A stretch of DNA of 63,112 nt, filler included, from Rozella allomycis CSF55 (taxonomy: Eukaryota): assembly GCA_000442015.1 (NCBI GenBank). It is 9 parts of 9 records of this genome, joined end to end, with 100 filler letters (N's around TTAATTAATTAA, not from the genome) between each part and the next. Parts side by side here need not be neighbours in the genome. Positions count along the whole stretch, not along the records: positions 1 to 27,272 come from KE561029.1; 8 more parts are not named here. One strand, given 5' to 3'. The notes below the pieces were generated by a model. It had not been told where the DNA came from and made no database searches. It worked only from the letters and a program-made list of their open reading frames with translations. Shown piece after piece: positions 11,504 to 23,999 of the stretch (position 1 is the first letter of the stretch; each line of letters opens with the position of its first letter). Position numbers and translations under genes: made by a program.

Positions 11504-12058
11504 AATAAACAGTGAATTCCATCTTTGAATCCTGTTTTGTAATTTTGGGTTTTCGCCGCTTGATTACGCAATCAACTCTATCCCGTTTCCAGGGAACTTA
11601 ATTCAACATATCTATAACCCCTGTACATGTTTTAATTTAATCAGCGATCTTATCGTACGTCTAAAACTTGTTTCAAAGTGAGTTTTCAATCCAAATAGTC
11701 AAGGACATTTCTATTCGTGATCCACCAGGGTTAAATATTGTCATTCTTTTATCTTTCTATTATATAATAGGTGATTCTTGTTTAGGAATGCATATTCAAG
11801 ATTCGATGAATGGCAAACGCGCCATCTACAGTGGCAAAGTAGACCCCCATGACTTACTCCAGAATTCTACATGGCGCTATAGATGATCCAAGTTTTAAAG
11901 AATGGCCTTTTAAGCTCACTGTGGCTTGATTTTAATAAAATTTATTCGATCTTTAGTAAATTTTGGAATATTATTTGAGGTCAGAGGATCTTCTATTAAG
12001 TCCAAAAATAGCAACATTTTTAAGAATCGGAGAAAACTTGAGCATCTTTATCCTTCAT

Positions 12059-15000
12059 ATGAGCACCTTGACACAGCCTTTAAATTTGAATTTCACTAAA
12101 GAGGACGTGACGGTCCACGTTCTTTCAATAAGTGCCTCACACGTTCCTTACTTGAGTTTTCAGTCAAGTTACGAAAAATTTACCTTGTCTCTTGAAACTA
12201 TTCTGTCAAAAATGATGATTCCTGACACTGTAAAAGTGAAACATATGACACGAATTTTTCCAAGCGATACCTACAGCTTCTTAATATCTGGTCCTCCACT
12301 AACAGCTGATAAGATTCGGTCGTTATTGATATCTTTCTTGATGAATACAGTAACTATTTAATCATAAAGAAATATTTAGAAAAGAATAGAAATAGCATTA
12401 AATCCATTAGGATTGAATGATCTAACTTCGATCGCGAAAAAGTTGACTGATATTTCTGATACATTAAAGATTGAAATTCAGGGGCCAGCTGATATTGAAA
12501 AGCCTAGACCACCAGGTATGTCTTCAGCCTTACCCATGATCGTGATATCATCTGACGATGGCCTAAAGGCTGAAAAAGCGAAGATTAAGATTTTATCTAT
12601 CTTAGATGAAATGGTAATTAATGATTTTACTATTGATAGCGTGGATATACGAGTAAGTGTTTTGACGTAGAATGTGCTGACCTTTATGCAAGATTTGGAC
12701 CTCGAAGATGTTACTTGTACGATCAGATATCTCTCAAATATGGCACCACAGTATATCTTCCAGATGTTATACCATTAATATTTGAAGAAATTCCTGTAAA
12801 GAGAATACCAATTTGCGTGTCTGGCCTTGATGACGTGTCTATAGAAAATACTATAAAAGATATAAAAAATCTAGCCATATCAACTGCAAAAATATTCTCT
12901 GAAACCATAATTATAAAATCCTCAAAATTAGAGTGGGCCTTGTTGCATAAAAGGGAACAAATATCACTCATTTTGCTAAATAATGGGTGTTCCATCAGCA
13001 CCAAAAAGCATGGATTTGACGAGCATCAAATGTCAATTTACAGCCTTTCCGAGTTTGAAGTTCAAAAATGCATAAAGCAAATATTAGAATTGACTAGCGA
13101 ATGTTTAAAGTGCGATGTTATTTTGGGACACGCCAACCCCGTCAAACAGAGTAACGTGGCATCCACATTTAAGGAAAAAGTGGCACTAGCAAAAGATGCT
13201 AATTTACATCATGATGAAAATGAACTGTTAAATTCTCTTGTGAAGACATCTGCTTTAGCAACTTCAAGCTTTATCATGTCGTCTAAAGAATGTCTAATTT
13301 TTGGAACTTCGAGAGCAATAAGAGATTCGCTTGAAAAGATTGTTGATTTAGATAATTTCAAAGTAATATGTAATAGTCAATTTCTTTAGAATCGAATAAA
13401 TCATTTCATGTTCTTCGTAGAGCAAAAATTGGAAGACAAAGAGTTCATTTGTGGAAAGAAAGATGGGAAGATTAACAAAATCATGAAAGCAACTGAAGCT
13501 AATGTAGCGTTTGAGGAATACAACCAGTATAACGTATTTGTCACAGTGAGCCACATTTCCCACGAGAGATTAATCGAAGCTTTAGAATTATTGATAGAAG
13601 AACTTCCTTCTGAGCTTTCATTTTACGTACCAGAGTCTCATCACAAACGAATTATTGGACATGGAGGAAAGAACATTCAAAGAATCATGAAAAAATATGG
13701 CGTCTATGTGAAATTCTTGAATTCCAGCGATGTCCAGGAACTCTATGGATTGTCAATAAGAAAACCCGTTTGCCTTTTGAATAACGTTATAGTCCGAACA
13801 CCGTCTAAGAACTCGCAGTCTTTACTCTTGATGAAAACTGCTGTTCTGGAGGCTTCTGAAGAAGATGTAATTATTATCAACGTTTTATAAAAGGAATATG
13901 AGCCATTTTCAATGATATATACAATACCAAACTATCTCCATACATGGATGCAGACTAAACTGGGAGACAAGTTGAATGAGTTGCGGTCTCATCTTCAGAT
14001 TGAAATATTATTTGATCCACCAGAGTTTTTAAATGATCAGATTACTATAAGTGGTATGCCTTCGCATATGAAAGGGTTGAAACAGAGCATATCGGAAATT
14101 GCACCGAAAGAAATTATTTTAAGATTTTCCCAGAACGAAGAGCTTTTTACAGCGTTAAGATCCACGGAAATAAATAAAATAATTAAATCTCTTGAAGAAG
14201 AAAAGTCCATATTTGTGTTATTTCACATCCCAGACCAATGCATGGATGGATCAGATTTTTATGTGACCTTAAGATCTGGAAAAGAACCGAGGTATATATC
14301 TCAGGCAAATAGTGAGTTTGTCGATTTATTGAAAAAATTAATAGTAAATATAAACGCAGTCTTAACATAGCCAAATATTAATTATTCATTAGCGCACAAT
14401 GACATGGGTCATACACCAGCGTCTCAAATAACTGGGATCAACACTTCTACAGCTTCATTGAAAAAACTTATTTCAAAATTAGCCATTGATACTAATCCTA
14501 AAGGGTCCATTAATTATTTTCGATTTATGTCGGCGGGCCCTGAAGGGAAATTTCCAAGCCCAATCCAGAACAGGTTCACTCTTGACATTGAAAGCCCTAA
14601 AATAGAATCTCTCAATATAAATAGTGTTTATGAGACATCTAATATGCCCAGACTTTTTTCTAACGGAGATGACAATGAAATTGTATTTTCCAANCGCAAA
14701 TAGCGAGTTTATCAATTTATTGAGAAAATTAATAGTAAATTTAAACGCAGTCTTAACATAGCCAAATATTAATTATTCATTAGCGCACAATGACATGGGC
14801 CATACACCAGCGTCTCAAATAACTGGGATCAACAGTTCTACAGCTTCTTTGAAAAAACTTATTTCAAAATTAGCCATTGATACTAATCCTAAAGGGTCCA
14901 TTAATTATTTTCGATTTATGTCGGCGGGCCCTGAAGGGAAATTTCCAAGCCCAATCCAGAACAGGTTCACTCTTGACATTGAAAGCCCTAAAATAGAATC

Positions 15001-15576
15001 TCTCAATATAAATAGTGTTTATGAGACATCTAATATGCCCAGACTTTTTTCTACCGGAGATGACAATGAAATTGTATTTTCCAAGCAGAGTGCGATAGGG
15101 GAAGGAATGGCATCGAAAAGTAAGAAACACATAAGAAGAAATGAAACAAAACCCCAGAAACTGTCAACAGAAAATGATGACATAATTCCTAAGCCAAAGA
15201 ATATCAAAATTAACAACTCCCCATTCCAAATGCTTCCATCTCCAAGTTTAGGATCATCATCTGCTGTTGGATATTTTCCTGCCTTGGGACTTTCCACTTC
15301 ATTGGCGCCAAGCCCAACTCTACCATCTTATAATTCATATCTTAACACAAGTTCCTGTCAAGGTAACAAACTTTCACATTTAAAATAGAAATGGAAAAGT
15401 TTTTAAAAGACAATGAATTAGAACACTACTTTCAACTTTTAGCTGAACAAGAAGTCGATCTGAAAACATTGGCAATCTTGACGGAAGAAGACTTGAAGGA
15501 ACTCGGCATCGTTAAACTCGGAGCAAGAAAGAAATTATTGCTTGCTATAAAATCGTTAGAAAACAATTCGAAATAA
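12059..15576 (+). CDS. Multi-KH-domain RNA-binding protein with C-terminal SAM domain (Mug60/YLL032C-like KH region; Bicaudal-C-like architecture)
   Basis: KH motifs EFICGKKDGKINKIMK and ELSFYVPESHHKRIIGHGGKNIQRIMKKYGVYVKF; Ser/Pro-rich linker; intron 15362-15388 joins in frame to SAM EQEVDLKTLAILTEEDLKELGIVKLGARKKLLLAI. About 390 nt duplicated at the n at 14694. Start codon approximate. Confidence 0.8.
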
Positions 15577-15615
15577 TACTGTATATATCAAATAAATTAA
15601 AGCATTTACACATTT

Positions 15616-16873
15616 TTATTGAAGGTTTGAAATGATCGCGTTTTGGAACTCTGTGGTGGTTGCTTTTCCCCCCAAGTCTTTCGTAACTATTTTCTTTTCT
15701 CTAATAACTTTCAAAGTTGCATTTTCAATTTTTGTAGCATAATCTCCAAGCTTTAAATAGCGTAACATCATTGCAGAAGACAGCAACAAAGCCGTTGGAT
15801 TAGCCAAGTTCTTACCTGCTATATCTGGAGCAGTTCCATGTACAGATTCAAATAGAGCCCCTTCTTTACCTACATTTCCGCTAGGCGTCAACCTTTTCAA
15901 TAATGTGTTTAGACTTTTACCCCAAGCCGCCAATCAAACCTGCACCCAAATCGCTTAAAATGTCGCCATAAAGATTAGCCATTACCATAACGGCATCATT
16001 AAATTGGGTAGGATCTTGTACCATCTTTTTGATAAATATCTAATATTTAATACCTTAAGGCACATAGAGTCGAGAGTGTAATCAACATGTTGAATGGTAG
16101 GATATTCTTTTGCTACTGAATGAAACGCGTCCAAAAACAATCCATCTCCCTTTCGCCTATTATAGCTGACAAAAGATGTTACAAGATGCCTGCCTTATGT
16201 ACTCCTATTACTTTCTTTCTCCCAATTTCCTTGGCGTGCTCGAAAGCAAATCTAGATATTCTTTCAGAAGCCTCCCATGTAATGACTTTGATAGTCTGAA
16301 CAACGCCTGGAATTATTTCATGCTCGATGCCAGAATAATACCCCTCTGTATTTCAATGACAAAACAACGATTTACCAGTATTTTCTCTGATTAATACTGT
16401 GTCTACGTTGTCGTACAAGGTTTTGTATCCCTCAATGCTTTTGCATGGACGTACATTAGCGTAAAGGTTGAACATTTTGCGCAATGTCAAGTTTAATGAC
16501 ACATGTCCTTTTCCTACTGGTGTAGCTAATGGTCCTGTTATAACACAATGCATTATTTACCTTTAAGACCTACCTTGTTGCGTTTAAGACATTCAATTGC
16601 CTCTGGCGGTATGGAAGTTCGTCCATCTGGTAGCTTAACAGGTGTTACATTGACTTTTTCAAAGGCAATTGGTACCTTTTTATTTTTCAATAGTACCATA
16701 CCTTTGCTGCTTTGAATATTGTTTCAACGGCGGCTGATATTTCGGGTCCGATGCCATCACCTGGAATTAATGTAACTTTTCTTAATGCCTATACATTGAG
16801 TGTCAATAATTTACGGATGAAAAGAATCTCTTTGATATCATCACTATCAATTCTTGAAAAATCGGGAAACCAT
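15616..16873 (-). CDS. IDH2: NAD-dependent isocitrate dehydrogenase catalytic subunit (yeast IDH2 / human IDH3A type)
   Basis: [85 protein letters not shown]. Start codon approximate. Confidence 0.93.
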
Positions 16874-16899
16874 TATCAAAGCTGTAAAAGAAATTAAAT

Positions 16900-19800
16900 T
16901 TATTGAATGAATTTGTTGTTCATTTCGTATTCCAAAAACTCCACTGAACTTCTGCTTAAATATGACTGGTATTCTTTTCCTATAAAGGCTTCAGGGTTTA
17001 TGTCAATAGGAGTGTCGCAATATATATCCCGTATGTCTGCATTGGCTCCTGCTTTCAATAGTAGCATTATTACTCTGCCGCAGTTATCAGAAAAGACAGC
17101 TTCATGTAACGCAGTAGAGAAAGACGAAGAAATTTGATTAACGTTGACATTATTGACAATCAAGGTTTCTATTGTCTGGATTGATCGATGGGCATCAAAA
17201 TTAGAACAGGCATAGTGGAGAGGTGTTTTCTCGTTGGAATCAAGAAGGTTAAAGTTACAGCCCTTCTGTATCAAGATCGACAAGACATCCATGTTCCCAT
17301 TGAACGCGGCTATGTGAAGAGGATACAAAAACGTGGGCAAATTCTCCACAGGATATGCCGAAAGAAATTGCTGTGCATCGGTGGGAAGGATATTCCAGAC
17401 TGTATTCGCTGAGCAATCAGGCATATCCAAAAGCAATTTCACTAGTTTTGAATTTCCTGACATACAAGCGGCATGAATGGGCAAATAATTGCTGTGCGAA
17501 GAACATACGCTTGTACTGGCCCCATGAAATATTAACAGTTCGACCATTTTCAGTCTTCCCAAAAGACATGCTGTAACAAGAGGTGTATGCTTTGTATGAA
17601 GACAAGTAAAATTAACATCCATCGTGGGCAATGAATCAAAAACCTTTTTAAACGCTTTCACGTCATCGTCAAAAATAGCTTGAATCAGTTTAAATCGACA
17701 TTCGGCAACTGTCAAAGTGTCATTAAGAATTCTTAATTTTGAATTGATATAATCAACGATAAATGGAGTTGAATCTAATTGAGAAATTTCATTATTTGAA
17801 GAGTAATAAATAATGTCAGCCTTTGGTGAATTGGACTCGAAATTTTGTTTTATAGTTTGATTTTCCTCGTTAGTATCAAATATTTTCCGTATTGTGATTT
17901 TTCCTTGGCCATAGAACAGTACAGACAATGTGGTCTCAGTTTCAATTAAAGCAGGATTCTTTGTTAAATGAAATAATAATTCCGAGTGCATCAATTTAAT
18001 TTCCTCCACCAATTCACCAGTGCTACTTTTGAATATACTATATTTTCCTTCTCCAGGAGCCCAAGTCCAAATGTACTTGCCATCTTTGTTGAAACCAGCA
18101 TACTTGACACCAAAGCATTGCAAAGCAATAATATTAGAGCTATTTTCCGCAAAACTCACAGTCTTTAATTTATCTAAAGATGCCATAGACTTTCTCAAGT
18201 CTGGAAATCGGCCTGAAATAAAATCTCGGGACTTTTCAAATCCAGATCTGCTTAATGGGTCTTTTAATGTTTCTTCTGGGTTACTAATACGAGAATGGTT
18301 GGTATTCCTTAATCTATTCATTTTTCTCTCATCATTTCTTGAAACATTCGAACCTTGTTCGAAAATAGGAGCAATAGCATATGAATGCAGTAAGTCTAAT
18401 TTTTTCATTTCATTAAAGAGGCCAGAAGGACTAAAGACATTGCTCTCAGGGCTATCCTCATCAAATTGCCACAATAACACTTTTCCATGGCAAGTCAACA
18501 CCAACAATTGATTATCTGAAGGATGAAATTGTAATAAAGTATTCTGTCGAATTTTCAAAGCAAATGACAACTCCTTTTCTTTAACCTCGTCCCATATAGT
18601 CGGCTCTTGAATACGGAGTTTAAAAACTCTCTTCCTTGTACCAACATCATACACTTTAATTTTATGAATAGGACCGTCTGTGGCATTGGCCAGCAGATAC
18701 ACATTCGAGCCGTCTGGACACTTTGCAAATCTTCCTGTCATTGTATTCGATGGTCGACCAATATGCCATAAAATCTCGCTGGAAATAAAATCCCAAAAAA
18801 TCACACCTATCAAAGGTGATCCAATTTGAAGAATCGTCCTTTTGCGATCGGGATGAAAAGTTATCATGGGAAATGTAAAGTCGTTTTCGTTTTTATGTCC
18901 TGTCATGGAATTCCATGCATATTGTAGTCTTTCAATGCCCACAGTCCCCATTCTAGTCTTTAAATCTATCCAATTAACCATCTGCCTTGTCTGAATATCA
19001 TATACAGCGACATTTGAATGGGATACAAATACTGAAAGCAAAGTTGTTTCATAATTTTCGCAAAGCACTCTTCTGGACAATGAAATGAGTCTCTCCAATA
19101 TCACACCATCTCTATTTGTGTATATCGTCATTTCTTCTGATTGAACATTTAATAATGGAGCTATTTTAAAAGTGCCTTGGACGGGAAGACCTTCAGGGTG
19201 GTAGGCCATCCCATAAACACCCCAGACCTGTATTTGCAAATAGCCAAGAACCTTATTAACGCAATCACCAGAAAGATCTTCAATAGGTGATGTATTTGGA
19301 TTGTGGTCTATTTTTGCATACGGATTCATGGGTATAAAGGAAACTGTAGCAAAAAAAGGAGAATCATCACTAGTAACTAATGTTCTTATACGATTATGAG
19401 TATCGNTTGTATTTGGATTGTGGTCTACTCTTGCATACGGATTCATAGGTATAAAGGAAACTGTAGCGAAATAAGGAGAATCATCACTAGTAACTAATGT
19501 TCTTATACGATTATGAGTATCGATCATTGCAATTAGCTCCTCTCCTGGTCTGGATTCTTCGCTCGTACCAAATACCTTAATTCTCGAGGTTTTGTAGAAG
19601 TTTCTGTCAATGTCAGATATCATAATCCATTTCCTTGCTTTTAAAAGAACCGGAAAGTCAGGTGTTATAAAACTATTCAAAGGTGCTTCTTCAATACTCT
19701 TCTCTGCTTGTGTTCCAAAGTCGTGTTCTTTAAAAATCGAAACGATTTCATCGCAATCCAGTAAGATAGTTTCTTGGTTTTCATTTGTTTCAGATCTGTC

Positions 19801-20790
19801 ATGTTCGTCAAGTTCGTACGTGTTTTCTTCAAAGTACGTTTTTTCGATGTTAGAAATAAAATCTAGTGCCATTCCTTTAGCCTCCTTATCTGCGCTTTCT
19901 AAGTACTCCATCATACACTAATTAAATATTGAAAAAGACTTTTACGTTGCATAGAGACCTGTTCCATTTACTAGAAATATCTCCATCGTTAAGATCTGGT
20001 ATTGCAAATTCTGCAGTCTTAAAATTCTCTTTCATTCGTTTGATAAACACGCTAATTTCTTCTACAGTTCGAACAACACTGTGGTCTTTAGATGGTGGCA
20101 TGATGGATCGTATTATCATGAATCTTTGGTAATGGTCTTTAGATTTTAATTGCCGAAAATATCGTATTCTCATAGAGTTTATAAAATTAATCCACGAGTT
20201 GCATGCTTCACTGCTTCCCACACGTAAGTACAACGTCTTCTTGAAAGTGTGTATCTGAAATATAACACTCCAGTTTGCATATAGCGAAACATCGTCAAGG
20301 ATTGCTGCAAAAGGGACAGTAAAAGCAGGCATAGAATCTTTAAATATTTTTTGTTGCGCATAAATACCCTAAAGTCAATAAAGATATTACTTAGTACACT
20401 GCGCTGAATATCATAAAAATGAAGGTCCTGATGAGTAGCAATTGCATAATAATCTTCAAAAAATGCTCCAAGCTTGTTTTCTTGTATTGAGACCTGCCCT
20501 TCATAAAGTTTAATNATTTACATCGATATCATTAGAGGTACGCTATTACATTTAAAAAGAACTATTACTGAAATTTGGTAAGGCACTTCTTCTATTCGTA
20601 GTCCAAAATCGTGATTTTCTGTGTCTTGGGGAAAACTCATGTGGCGTAGTGGTGGCTCAGCGGCAACTCGAAATAGATTTTGGAAAATTCCTAACTCTTG
20701 TCCTGGCAATAACTATTTCTTTTGTGCACGAGAAGATTTTCCATGACAGCGAAAGCTTATTTGGTATGGTGATTTACTTCCATCTCCAAA
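16900..20790 (-). CDS. Large multidomain protein: PH domain, degenerate beta-propeller (WD-like) region, C-terminal ankyrin repeats
   Basis: PH-like YEGQV...LHFYD and FQIHTFKKTLYLRVGSSEACNSWINFI; WD-like FHPSDNQLL..GKVLLW and FNKDGKYIWTW; ankyrin TPLVTAC, PIHAAC, PLHIAAFNG, KTPLHYAC, TALHEAV. 5' end uncertain. Confidence 0.7.
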
Positions 20791-21231
20791 TTCCAAGTCC
20801 ACGGGATTATAAATTTAAGAGAACTTAAAATTGGCAGGATGAATTATTGATTTTTTGTAGGCAATATTCGATAATTGATGACTCAGTGTCTCTTTGGAAA
20901 AGTGTTTGTGTCATAGTGTACCATGTGCAATCATTTCATGAGCGAAGTCTACAATTTCCTAAATGAACAAGGTGAAGGTACTTAGTCTAGGAGTTGTAGA
21001 GTACCAGAAGGCGTTACAGATACAGAGCAAAATATTTTCTGAATTATATAATTCTATTAACTGTGATAATTTATTGTAGATAGAAATAGTTGACCCTGTG
21101 CTACTGNTCTCTGACTCTCTTTGAAAAAGTGTTTGTGTAATAGTATCCTTGGTCTAATACTGAATTGAGACTTGGATCTATACATACAATTTCTTGATAT
21201 CTATGATTTCTCTAACCCTAGAATTTCCTAA

Positions 21232-21994
21232 ATGAACAAGGTGAAAGTACTTTGTCTAGGAGTTGTAGAGTACCAAAAGGCGCTACAGCTACAGAACCAA
21301 ATATTTTCTGAATTATATAATTCTAGTAACTGTGATAATTTATTGTAGATAGAAATAGTTGACCCCGTGCTACTGCTTTTGCAACACCCACCAATCTTTA
21401 CATCAGGGAAAAGGCATAATCCAACAGAGATAGAGGTTAATGTTCTTAAAAGTACTGGTGCTGATTTTTTAAAAGTATTACTTTCTAATTGTTTGAATCA
21501 GACTGAAAGGGGAGGTCAACTTACATTTCACGGGCCAGGGCAATTGGTCGCGTATCCAATTATGGACATCAGAAGTGTAAATACAACTTGTAGCGTAATC
21601 TATTGTCAGACTAAAGAAACAGCCATCAATAAGACATTTTGTATGTAACCTTGAAAATACCATTCAATTGTTCTTGTCTCGATACAATATACCAACTACT
21701 ACTCGGTGTGAGTATCCTGGAGTATGGATAGAAGGGCAAAATAGAAAAATTGCGTCAGTTGGTATACATGTGAGAAGATGGCTGACATGCCACGGGGTTT
21801 CTATAAATATCACAAATGAGCCGCTAAAGTATTTTAATCAGACCACAATTTGCGGCTTTCCTGGCAATATATTCACATCAATTCAAGCAGAGACTAATCG
21901 ATACGTTAGAATTGATGATGAACTTTTGCATACATTTGCAGAGTCGTTTAGCAAAACATTTAAGATGGAGTATGAAATTAAATACGAGATGTGA
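21232..21994 (+). CDS. LIP2: Lipoyl(octanoyl) transferase LipB/LIPT2
   Basis: LLLLQHPPIFTSGKR, ERGGQLTFHGPGQLVAYPI, GVW...RKIASVGIHVRRWLTCHGVSIN, ICG. A diverged copy of the 5' end lies at 20963-21107. Confidence 0.92.
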
Positions 21995-22053
21995 TGTGAG
22001 TTTATTATTTTTTATAGAAATGCAATAAAAGTCTATTTAGCTCTCAGACTTCA

Positions 22054-23297
22054 TCAAGGTAGATATAGTCTTCTAAGCGCCAAGAAAGCCAGCCCAAAAG
22101 TCGCCAGAACAGTAGACCCGAAAAGAGCAAGGCGTTTTCTTCGTCCATGTTCTGCCCATGAATTTCTCCATTTTGTTGCCATAATCTCCCAATCATCTGA
22201 GCTATCAATTCTTTCAAACCTTGCAAATAAAGCTTTGTGATCGGAAGCTGAATAATCATTGTTCAAAACTAAGCTTAAAGTTGGTTTCATACGGTGAACC
22301 AGCATCCAATCTAACTTTGCTTTGTATACATTGAGCCATCGCTTGATTTTGAAGGACTCTTCCATTCCATCAAACGTCTCAATAACGTCTAGGGACATTA
22401 AATACGTGTATGAAGCAGGATCAAGTAAGAAATGGCTTCTATTAGCCATTTTCCTGGTCGCATATCGCTCATCATTTTTATCATCTGTCGATAGCTGAAA
22501 GCAAAGAATATTTGATAACCAGAATTCACTCTCTGTCCAGCCAAAAGAGTAAAATCGCATTCGATCATTGCAATATCTTGGAGAGAACCTCGCTAAGCCA
22601 TGGCCCAGGGTATTCAAATCTCCAGCGATTACAAACGGATGGCTTGGTTTTTGATGTGCAACATCTCTTGCAATCTCGGAAAACTGCAAAAGTCTGCCAA
22701 TCATTCCACAAAACGGCTATATTTTTTGGTTTCAGAATTCTTACTTCCAAATGGGCAGAATAAACTGTTAATTTAGTCTTGTCGTTAAAATAAAAGTCTC
22801 CAATAATTGTATATCGTCTTTAACAACCCGAAGAAAGATCATTACCCACCCTGTCTCGGCTCACCATAAGATAATCCATTGGAAACCCAATCAAACGGCT
22901 GATGTTCGTGTTCTATTACTCGTGGATCAAAATCGTATTTAGAAAGAATAGCATTCCCATGGACTCCACCACCCTTTTCAAATACACCGTGTTATATTAC
23001 TTGATGGTACTTTGATCTCTTTTCGTGATATTCTTCGACAAATTCTACAACAAACGCAGCTTTCATTTGCAGTTCCTTTGCCAAATATTTTACAATGTCA
23101 ATATGCTGCGTTCTTTCGCACTGAATGTCTAGTTCCTGCAAACATAAAATATCCGATGGGTGCGAAAGCAGTAGTCTAAGTATATTTGAAAGCTGATATC
23201 CGCGCTCGATGTTGAATTGTAATACAGTGGGACTATTGGGAATATGTGACGAAGGCTGAATTCTAAAATCGTAGGTAATAAGATCTCCTGGCTGCAT
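22054..23297 (-). CDS. Endonuclease/exonuclease/phosphatase (EEP) family protein with C-terminal membrane anchor
   Basis: VLQFNIERG, DILCLQELD, GVHGNAILSK, YSAHLE, IAGDLNT, KLDW, ASDH; hydrophobic tail LALFGSTVLATFGLAFLAL. Confidence 0.85.
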
Positions 23298-23378
23298 TAT
23301 TCTACAAGCCACTAAAGTTGCCAATCTTCCATTTAAGGATTAGCTATTAAAATGTATGATTATATTCTTTAAGCTTTA

Positions 23379-23920
23379 TTAATGAGGGGCTAATGTAGTT
23401 AGTGTCTCTGTTGCGCTACTTTTTGACTCTTTTTCTTTTTTAGATCTTGCATCTAAAGTTGAAAATTTGCTAGGAAGATCATCTCGGACATCCCAGATCC
23501 ATCCTACTGTCGTCGGCCTGTCATTGTAGAGCGATTCTATCACAAATTTGGGTTGAAACTCGTCTATCTATATTTTGATCATATTACTTGTTGCCCACCA
23601 TAGCAGGCTTTGTACTGTGTAAAATAGGCGGTGCATTGATCGAAATCTACAAATCCATAGTGGTACGAATGTTGCCAAATTCCATGTGCTTCTAATATCA
23701 AGTGAAAATCGTAATTATTACCGTAGCACCTGCGATATTGTTTAAATAAGTATTTGCATTCCAATTTTGGAATATTTTCAAAGGAATAGCTGTAATCGTT
23801 AGTTGTATCAATTGTGGGGGCTTCAGTGGATTCTGAATTTGTATCAATATTTGAAGAGTTATTTTCTTTGAGGTTGTTTGAACTGCTTTGGTCAATAACT
23901 GGAGTTTCTTGATTAGCCAT
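23379..23920 (-). CDS. Small twin-Cys protein, DUF3128/EMI1/C22orf39-like, 3 exons
   Basis: CKYLFKQYRRCY...QHSYHYG..FDQCTAYFTQYKAC, then a spliced last exon with WIWDVRDDLP; stop at 23379-23381. Confidence 0.6.
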
Positions 23921-23999
23921 TAATTTTGAAAATTCAATTTCATCGACAACTAAAAGAGAAGAAAATGTATTGATATAGAGAAAATTTATTGAACTATAA

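Noticed and set aside
14305..15083. Apparent exon duplication in the KH-SAM gene
   Set aside because: Near-identical copies joined at a single n; assembly/haplotype artefact.
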